Source: the human T2T-CHM13v2.0 reference genome, Homo sapiens
Length of the DNA: 64,000 nt
Assembly: GCF_009914755.1 (NCBI RefSeq)
Contig: NC_060940.1
Direction: 5' to 3' (one strand)
The translations under genes and the position numbers were made by a program. Below the pieces are notes generated by a model, which was not told the origin of the DNA, ran no database searches, and worked only from the letters and a program-made list of their open reading frames with translations. Of this stretch, positions 54,807 to 64,000 are shown one piece after another (the stretch's first letter is position 1; every line of letters begins with the position of its first letter).

Positions 54807-55937
54807 AACATGGGCAGGGCTTCTTGCCCAGTGTGATGGCTTAGGGATGCAGAGCTTCCTGGCCACCCTTCGGCTCTGGTCCCATCCGTCCTCACAGCGG
54901 TCCAGGGGCTAAATCACAAGGTACCGACAGCCCTCATCGTCCTCCCAGACTTCAAGGAGTGTTTCTTTGCAGACGCCGTACTTGGATTGGGCTGTGAAAG
55001 AGGAGAAACCCTCCCTGGGGTAGGTGGGGGTGGTGGGTCACTTGCTACCAAGGCGTCCACCGCAGGGCCCCTGATCGCCGCCTCCCCGCCTCCATCCGCC
55101 GGGACCTGGCCCCTTGGCCTCGTGTCTGTGCAGCCTCTGTGGTGACACGTGGCAGAATGCATGTGCTCATGGCTTTGGTTCCTCTGGAAAGGGTGTCCCA
55201 AGATGAGGGTGTTCAAAGACTCTTCAAGGACAGGAATCGCTCTCCTCCAACTCTTTAGACGTGGATAGTTTTGTTCTCGTGTTTTACGTGGTGCCTGATG
55301 GTAATGCGATTCTTTAACACCAAGAATGGGGCCGTCATCAGTCGCTAGAGCTGTTCTCATGTGTCCACTGCAGTGGCCGGTTTCTGGCGGACGCCCCTTC
55401 TGGCCCCTCCCCCCTCCCCTGGGTAGAGCAGGAACAGGACAGATGGTGTCGGTGGCTTTTTGGTTAAAAACACTGGCATGGCCTCTCGCCCAGTGTGGTG
55501 GCTCTTAGGGACGCAGAGCTTCCTGGCCGCCCTTCGGCTCTGGTCCTGTTTGTCCCCACAGCAGTCCACGGGCCATGAGATCTCAAAGGCTGGGCACTGG
55601 ACGCTTTGCTCTCTATCCTTCACACCAAGCTGGTCTGAGCTCTCCACCTGCTGGGGCTGCCCAGTGCCCCTTGCCAGAGACCCAGCTCAGAAACTCAGAA
55701 ATGCTTCCAGCCACCCGCCCTCGGGACCGGCGTGAAGACCCGGTGCTGGGGCTCCTGGGTGGGGCTGTCACTGCCTGAGTTTGGGGGCCTGCCCTCCTTG
55801 TCCCCCCCGAATCTCCCCCTCCCTAATCCCTTGGGGGGGATCAGGAGAGTAGGGGTTCCTAGTTTCATTTCTCCTGCATGAATCAGATCATCTTCTCACC
55901 CCACGGGAGCCCTGGGATGCCGAGGCTGGGTGGGGGC

Positions 55938-56209
55938 GGTGGAATAATCCTCCGTGGCACGAGGAAGCGCTGGAATAATCCTCCATGGCACGAGGGAGCG
56001 GTGGAATAATCCTCCGTGGCACGGGGGTGGGTGGAATAATCCTCCGTGGCATGGGGGGTTGGTGGGATAATCCTCCATGGCAAAAGGGAGCGGTGGAATA
56101 ATCCTCCGTGGCACGGAGGGGGTGGAATGATCCTCCATGGCACGAGGGGGCAGTGGAATAATCCTCCGTGGCACGAGGGGGCAGTGGAATAATCCTCCGT
56201 GGCACGAGG
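55938..56209. repeat. Minisatellite, ~30-31-bp unit x9
   Basis: Core GTGGAATAATCCTCC(G/A)TGGCA plus a variable G-rich linker. Confidence 0.96.
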
Positions 56210-56537
56210 ACGGTCACTGCATTCGTCACTCTTAGCTGCAGTGCGTGTGACAGTCGCCAGGGCTGCTGTTTGAGGAACGGGGGTTGCCTGCGTCTGCTGT
56301 GCCCCAGGTGGTTCGTAGGGTGCTTTTTACTCCTTGCCAAAGCCCACACAGCCCCGCAAGGCAAACAGTGTTCAACTCTTTTCATGGCTGAAAAATTGGG
56401 ACATCAGAGAGGTTAAGACACTGGCCAGGACCACCTGGCAGGGAAGCTTCCGGGCCTTGCCTGCACCAGGACTGTCCGATGGGGACGTCATCTGCCTCCC
56501 AGACGGTATCTTAAAAAAAAAAAAAAAAAAGACAAGG

Positions 56538-56900
56538 GATTTATTGAGATACGCTTCACATACCATAGAGTTCACCCATCAAAGTGCAATTCCGTTTAGA
56601 CTGCAGAGAGATGTGCACCCACAACCACTATCACCTTGGAAATTTTCATTACCACAGACAGAAGCCCCCAGCCTCTCGCCGGCCCCTTGCATTACCCTGG
56701 ACTGAAGCCCCCCAGCCTCTTGCCGGCCCCTTTCATTACCCCGGACGTTAAGTCCCCAGCCTCTCGCTGACCCCGCCAGCCACACTCTGCTTCAGTCCTG
56801 GAGTCGTCAGCTCTGGTCCTGTCCCATGCGTGGGTCACGCAACGCGTGGCCCTTTGGGAGTGTCTCCCTCGCTCAGCGTCACATTCCGGGGGCGTGTCCA
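56538..56900 (-). mobile_element. L1M 3' end with a local ~43-45-bp triplication (56660-56775)
   Basis: TTTATTGAGATA..TTCACATACCATA..TTCACCCAT..AAAGTGCAATTC; AAGCCCCCAGCCTCT-like motif three times. Confidence 0.65.
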
Positions 56901-57193
56901 TGCAGCCTGCACCACCCCAGATGTTCTTGTCTGAGCCTACAAAGATTCCTAAAGAAAGGTTAGAAACTTCAGCTTCATTGGCTCCAGCCAGTGTGGACGC
57001 TCCTATCCTTCTGTGATCCCGTTTTCTGCCTGTCCCCACAGCCTGATAAAATGTGCTCCCCACCCCTCCCTTTCTCCTACACCTGGAGGCCTCCAGCTAG
57101 ACTTCCTTCAGGCCTGCGTTTCACTATCAGTGTGTGGACCTCTGGTTATTTTTTTCCTGGAGAGGACACTTCTTGGGTATTAAGGGGAATTTT

Positions 57194-57492
57194 GGCCAGG
57201 TGCAGCAGTGGCTCATGTCTGTAATCCCAGCACTTTGAGAGGCTGAGGCAGGAGGATCACTTGAGTCCAGGAGTTTGAGACCAGCCTGGGCAATACAGTG
57301 AGACCCTATCTCTACAAGAAACAATTTTAAAAAATTAGCCAGGGGTGGTGGTGCGTGTGTATAGTCCCAACCAGTTAGGAAGCTGAGGCGGGAGGAACAG
57401 TTGAGCTGGGAAGGTCAAGGCTGCAGTGAGAGCTAGGATGGTGCCACTGCACTCCAGCTGGGGCAACACAGTGAGACCCTGTCACAAAAAAG
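57194..57492 (+). mobile_element. AluJ element
   Basis: GGAGGATCACTTGAGTCCAGG, GGTCAAGGCTGCAGTGAG. Confidence 0.9.
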
Positions 57493-57551
57493 GAAAGAGG
57501 AGTTTTGATCCTCAACACTATAAAGGCCTCTATAACACATACAGCATTTTC

Positions 57552-57862
<311 letters not shown>

Positions 57863-59404
57863 CTACATACAGCATTTTCAAAGGGCCCAGGGGGACACAG
57901 TGAACCCAGCAACCCCAGGCAGGATTAGCAAATAAGCATAATTGGGAACGGATGAAGAGCTGAAAGCCTGAGTGCTAAGTTGTAAAGACTCAGAAGCCCT
58001 GGTGGGAGCTCGGTAGTTGATTGATGATGTCTGCCATGACTGGGTAGGGGGATAACGGCACGTGTGCTACGTGGTGGCATCTGGTGCAGATTTGGTTGGG
58101 TGGGAAAAGTCCCTGGATTCCAGAAGTCAGGGTGGCCACACCCAGGAAGCAAGCACTCACACCACCTTGTGTGTGGACAGCAGGGCCTGGCTGGCCTGGC
58201 CCAGGAGGCTCCATCACGGTTGCAAGCTGCAGGCCAACTGGGTCTTGGCACGGGCCCAGTAAGCTGCTTTCAGGGAGTCTGTGAGGAGCTGCCTCCTGGG
58301 TCAGCCACCTCTGAGTAGCAGAGGATTTAAAAACCAGACCCCATTGCCCTGCCACACCTGCAACATCTGGCCCAGCACAGTGTGTGTCCTTCTTGGGTAG
58401 CCGGGTCCCTGCAGAGGGAGACAGTGTGGCGGGCGCCAGCAGGCCGTGCTCCAGCCTCCACCCGCGCCCCCACACCCTGGAGTCAGCGCACTGCAGAGCT
58501 GTGACGGCCCCTCCTCTTCCTCCATGCCGCTCCTGCGCCCACCTCTCCCTGCTCGTGATTCACCTATGGGGCTCAGCACAGGGATTCCTGAAGGAATTTT
58601 TCTCCATCCGAGAGGCAGTACGATAATCTCCCACAGATGAGATTGGCTGTCTAGCAGAGGAGAACCCTGTCTACTCTTGTGTTCTAGAGCTTTCTTTTGG
58701 TGTCACCTTATTTATTTTTGCAACCTCCTGCCTAATTTTCTTTTGAAATGTTTTTTCACTTTAAAAACCGATTCAGAGGGCAAATGTGAACAGAGAAAGG
58801 AGTAGGCTGCCTGTGCCCACGTGTCTAGGCCAACCAGCGGCTTTTCTGCAATGCTGCACCCGGAGCAGCCCCCACTGTCTGTGGTCTTGGCAGACACTCC
58901 CTTGTTCATTTTGCACCACGTGAGCCAAGGCAGGTTGGGTGGGCCATGGCTGCTCTTGGTCCCAGCGATGGGCATTCAGGTGCAGGCTGGGGTGGGCGTG
59001 GATGCCTGCTGGCCACCAGCCTGGGATGCCATGGGACGGAGCTCAGCTCAGCCACCGCCTGCCATTGCCGCACAGGCCAGGAGGTGAATTGAGCTGAAGC
59101 CATCGCCCCCAGGCGGGAATCCCACTGTCTGCCTTCAGGAGGGGTGGCAGCAACGCCAGCCTCTCCAGGGTGATTTTCGGTAGAAACAGACCCCTCTAGA
59201 TCCCAGAAACTGGGCCCTCACCATGGCCAGCTCAGCCTCATGGGGTGAAGAGCCATTGTAATATCCAAGTAACAGCAGCGAGGGTCACGAGTTCTGCCTT
59301 TGGGGCGTGCTGGCAGGCGGGCGGGGGTCTGCGTGCCTCGGCTCTCTCAGGCCCGCGCGGGAGGTGCCGTGACTGTCCCAGGCTTCAGACAGGCTGACTC
59401 TGGC

Positions 59405-60195
59405 CAGCTGGAAAAGGCTCCCCCAAATGCCCTGATCCCCAAAACCTGTGCTTGATGCCTGGATTAGCCCATTTTCACACTGCTATAAAGAACTGCCCAA
59501 GACCGGGTAATTTATAAAGGAAAGAGGTTTAATTGACGCACAGTTCAGCATGGCTGGGGAGGCCTCAGGAAACTGACAATCATGGCGGAAGGCGAAGAAG
59601 AAGCAAGAACCTTCTTCACAAGGCAGCAGGAAGGAGAAATGCAGAGCAAAGGTGGGAAGAGCCTCTTATAAAACCATCAGCTCTCACAAGAACTCACTCA
59701 CTATCATGAGAACAGCATGGAGGAACTGCCCCGTGATTCAGTCACCGCCCCCTGGGCTCTCCCTCCACACGTGAGGATCATGGGGATTAAATTCGAGGTG
59801 AGATCTGCGTGGAGACACAGAAACTGACCATGCCACTGCCGTGCACAGCACTGCCTGTGGCTGAGGGTCACGAGGCAAGGTCTTCCCAGATGATCCAGCT
59901 GGGCCCAACATAATGGCAGGGTCCTTTTAAGGAAGAGGCAGAGGAAGATTCGGCCCACACAGAGGCAATGGCCCTGGGACATAGATGCGGAGGCAGAGAT
60001 TACAGGGAAGCAGCCACAAGTCAGGGCACGCCTGGCTTGCAGACGCTGCAGAAGCAGGAAGGACCCTCAGGAGAGCACAGCACTGTAGCCCTTGGCTTTG
60101 TCCCCACAGGGCCCATGTTGGGCTCCGGCCTCCACACCACATTTTAAGGCCCTCGGTTTGTGATGTCATGGCAGCCCAGGCGCCTGGTAATGGCT
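59405..60195 (+). mobile_element. MLT1 (C/D-like) LTR split by the THE1 insertion
   Basis: 5' part CCCCCAAATG..ATCCCCAAAACCTGTG; 3' part TGGGCCCAAC..GGTCCTTTTAAG..GCAGCCACAAG..ATGGCAGCCC. Confidence 0.6.
59460..59835 (-). mobile_element. THE1 (THE1C/D-like) solo LTR
   Basis: TTTTCACACTGCTATAAAGAACTGCCC..GGGTAATTTATAAAGGAAAGAGGTTTAATTGAC..GGGGAGGCCTCAGGAAACT..ACTCACTATCATGAGAACAGCATGG; flanks ATGCC/CTGCC. Confidence 0.9.
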
Positions 60196-60357
60196 GAGGG
60201 CTGAGGTGCCCTCCCATGCCCTGCACACAGGTCTCGCTGACCCCAGAGTCAACTCCTCCATGCGATCTGTATGTCATTTGGAGGTGGATGCAGGGTAGAG
60301 AAGAGAAGACTTTCTTGAGGATTTTTGTGCCCTTCTCTTTGAAGAAATAAGGACATT

Positions 60358-60543
60358 TGCACGTCTGTGGGGATGTGGGGATGGAGGTGCACGTCTGTGG
60401 GGATGTGGGGATGGGGGTCCACGTCTGTGGGGATGTGGGGATGGAGGTGCACATCTCTGGGGATCCCAGGACAGAGGTGCACGTCTGTGGGGATGCGGGG
60501 AGGGGGGTCCATGTCTGTGGGGATGTGGGGATGGAGGTGCACA
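60358..60543. repeat. G-rich minisatellite, 30-bp unit x6
   Basis: CACGTCTGTGGGGATGTGGGGATGGAGGTG in register. Confidence 0.95.
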
Positions 60544-60989
60544 GAGGACGCCTTCCAGTGAGCCCTGCACCGTCACACTGTGGCCCTGGCCATCCCTGTG
60601 GGACAGCGTGTCTGGGTCTGGCTGCTGGTGCAGCCCATCTCGATTCTGGACTGAGATTCAGTGGTCACACCCGACGTCTCCTGGGTGCAGGCAGAAGACA
60701 GGGCTCTGGGGTTGCTGCCCAGAATTCAATTGCTCTTTCCACCCTGAAGAATCAGGCTGTCAAGTTGCACAAACCTGGTGAAGGGGACTTCTGGGGGTGA
60801 GGATCTTTGGGGGTTGAGTTGCTGATGTCCTAGGATCTTCTCCCCACCTCTGTTTCCCCAGAGAACTCTCGGCTCAAGGGTCCCCACTTCAGTGTGACTT
60901 CCCTGAAAGCAGGTGGTGGTGACGCTGTAGGGTGTTGGCCTCCTTTCCTGGCCTCACCCTCTTTCAGGGCCTTGCCCACTGTATGGGGG

Positions 60990-61340
60990 GCCACGCATGT
61001 GTTTGCTGAGGCTAGGTCATCATGGGCACCAATAGCTTCTTGCCCTCACTCCCCAAGACCTCCTGCTCCAGGGGAGTCCAGTGCCATGTGCCAGCAGCTC
61101 TGTGGGGAGGCTCAACAGGGGAGTGCTGAGGCCTCGGGCCACCAGCCCCGGTCGGGACTTCAGATGACTCCAGCAAAGACATCTCGACGGCAGCCTCATG
61201 AGTGAGCCTGTGCCACAGCTGCCCAGCCAAGTCACGCCACATTCATGACCCAGAGAAACCAAGATAATCAATGACTGTTGTGCTTTTTAGCCACCAAGTT
61301 CAGAGGTGACTTGTTACGCAAAAGCAGAGAACAAATGCGC
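60990..61340 (+). mobile_element. Old MLT1 LTR (F/G/H-like)
   Basis: CTTCAGATGACTCCAGC..GCAGCCTCATGAG..CCCAGCCAAG..TGACCCAGAGAAACC..TTTTAGCCACCAAGTT..TTGTTACGCA. Confidence 0.6.
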
Positions 61341-61722
61341 CAGCTGCCAGGGTTGTCGACGGCTCATAGCTGGGTCCCTCTGGAAATGGCTGCCGTGTCA
61401 CCCCACGTAATGCCTTCTCCTGGGAGCAGCTGCATGGAAAGACTGGTCCTCATGTTTCCATTCAGGACACCCACAGAGGGTCTCTCTTCTTTGTGGGTGA
61501 GGCCCCAACAGTGAGACCTCAACAGTGAGACAGCTGAGGCCTCTGCTGCAACCACATTGCAGCCCAGTGGCTCCCCCTGTCCAGGCCCACTTTCCACACC
61601 CCTGCAGGTGTTGCTCCAAGGAGCCTCTGCACCTCCTCCCAGACTCAGATCTGTTTCCTGGGACCCAGGCATGAGGCTTCTCCCCGGCAGCCTCCGATGT
61701 CACGTGGATCAGGCAAAGCTGG

Positions 61723-62127
61723 GCATCTGTGTCCATGCTGTCTCCTCTCCAGGATCAGGAGGTGCTGAGCGTCTGTGTCCACGCTGTCTCCTCCCTGGGA
61801 TCAGGAGGTGCTGAGCATCTGTGTCCACGCTGTCTCCTCTCCAGGATCAGGAGGTGCTGAGCATCTGTGTCCACGCTGTCTCCTCTCCAGGATCAGGAGG
61901 TGCTGAGCGTCTGTGTCCACGCTGTCTCCTCTCCGGGATCAGGAGGTGCTGAGCGTCTGTGTCCACGCTGTCTCCTCTCCGGGATCAGGAGGTGCTGAGC
62001 GTCTGTGTCCACGCTGTCTCCTCTCCGGGATCAGGAGGTGCTGTGCGTCTGTGTCCACGCTGTCTCTTCTCCGGGATCAGGAGGTGCTGAGCGTCTGTGT
62101 CCACGCTGTCTCCTCCCTGGGATCAGG
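61723..62127. repeat. Minisatellite, 46-bp unit, about 9 near-identical copies
   Basis: GCGTCTGTGTCCACGCTGTCTCCTCTCCGGGATCAGGAGGTGCTGA. Confidence 0.97.
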
Positions 62128-63518
62128 GGCTTTGCCAGCTTGCTCACCTTTGGCCCCTGGGCACATGATGGACTCTTACCAAATGTTAGTTGAGTAAATG
62201 TGAGTGGGTGGCACAGGAGGAGTCAGGCTAGGTGGCCATCTGTGTGGGAGATTCGAGAAAACTCTTCCTGCAAACAGCCTCCCAGAAACTAGCACCAGAA
62301 TGCCTGGGCCTCACCATTGGTGACTCCTTTTTCCCTCACTCCTCACATATAGAATGCAAATACTATGAGGAAGACAAAGACATGAAATCATTAACACTTC
62401 TTCAGAGTCACACACACGTCCAGCTGCCCCTCCCCAAATCACCCAGGCCGAGGCCGCCCCACCCCAGTACCCGTCAGAACCCCCTGGAGGGTGAGTTCAG
62501 ACCCCCGGGGGGCCGCCTCCTGGGCTTCTGATTCAGGAGGCTGGGGCGGGCCCTGAGGCTCCACATTGCTGACAAGTTGCAGGTGGTCTGCTGCCAGTCC
62601 GCTTGGAGAATTCTGCTCCCGCTCACGCCGGACTGAACTGGCTGCTGCCCAGCCTACCACGGTCTCCGTCCGTCTTCTCTGGCAGGGGCTGGCTCTCCCA
62701 GGTGTCGCTGAGTGCCTGGTTGTTCCAATTCAGTTTGCTTACAGTGTCTGTGAGTAATGTCCAAGGCTCCCCTCCTGCTCCTCCACACCCACATGGCGTG
62801 AGCAGCTTCCCCAGCCCTGGTGCAGCCTCCTGACTTCAGGCCCGTCTCTGCCTCCGTGTGAACTGTATCGGAGAGATGTCCTCCCAGCGTGGGCTGCTGT
62901 CCTGCGGGTGAGAATCATAACGTGGTCATTCAGAACCACTCGTCTTAAAGTGTCTTCTCTAGACAAAAAATGCCTTTTCCATCGAAGGTGGGGAGGGGAG
63001 AAAAATGGCCTCCAACCCAGGGAGTGCTGTGCGGGTTGGGCAGGTGCTTGTGGGCTCTAACAAATGGATTTCCACGAGGGGCCCAGGGCAGCAGGTGCAG
63101 CTCGGCCGGGTGTAGCCTCGCTGGAGAAATGCGTCTGCAGCCGGGCTCTGTGGGGCCTCGGGACAGGCACTGGGAAACCTGAGAAACTGCAGACCCGGGC
63201 CAGCAATGGCACAGTGTCCGTGGCAGGGAAGCTCAGGCCCCCTTCACAGATGAAGACGCTGCGGCCCAGACGGGCACTCGTGGCGCTTGCAGTCAGTGTC
63301 GAAGGCCCCTTGCTTTTCTTCAGCCCCCAGGCACCTGGGCCGGTGCGACTTCCCAAACCCCACTGTCAGGGCCCCTCCCGCACCGCCCCATGTCAAACCA
63401 TTTCCTGCAGCGATGGGGCTGTGACGCCACTGCCGAAGAGGCCAGCGTGAGGAAGGCCTTTTGAACTAAAACCACTCCCCGCAGTGGCCAGTCTGCAATG
63501 GGCTGTTTTTCTAAAGAC

Positions 63519-64000
<482 letters not shown>

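Noticed and set aside
55938-56209. CRISPR-like look (constant core with variable linker)
   Set aside because: Linkers are only about 8-10 nt and related to each other; primate DNA with no cas genes

Overview
GC-rich primate (most likely human) genomic DNA containing the 3' end of BANP (SMAR1, BEN-domain transcription factor; 16q24 from memory) on the + strand, then about 31 kb of downstream sequence. Three BANP coding exons can be read directly: 20400-20465 (LLEATRIPCLLAPSVFKASSGQ), 27203-27346 (VLQGAQ...HTAGAQ) and 31738-31809 (TAEALQ...IQIQ*). The 3' UTR carries a 5 x 40-bp tandem repeat and an AATAAA at 32484. The rest is intron or intergenic DNA with about 20 Alus, MaLR/ERV LTRs (MER21, MLT1, THE1), Tigger2 and MER58 DNA transposons, decayed L1 pieces, a 2-kb CAC/CAT repeat and many minisatellites. 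Nearly all ORFs in the supplied track look like GC-content or repeat artefacts, and I found no new protein-coding system. The best leads: (1) the 66-nt BANP exon lies wholly inside an antisense MLT1 LTR; (2) a strong acceptor at 26955 gives a 23-codon stop-terminated exon resembling the neighbouring constitutive exon, and another at 10276 gives a candidate poison exon, so together they may form a splicing switch on the BANP C-terminus; (3) two abutting inverted Alus show signs of gene conversion; (4) a minisatellite carries 8 TAATCC homeodomain sites. Gene and repeat names come from recalled sequences, not from a search, and repeat boundaries are approximate.
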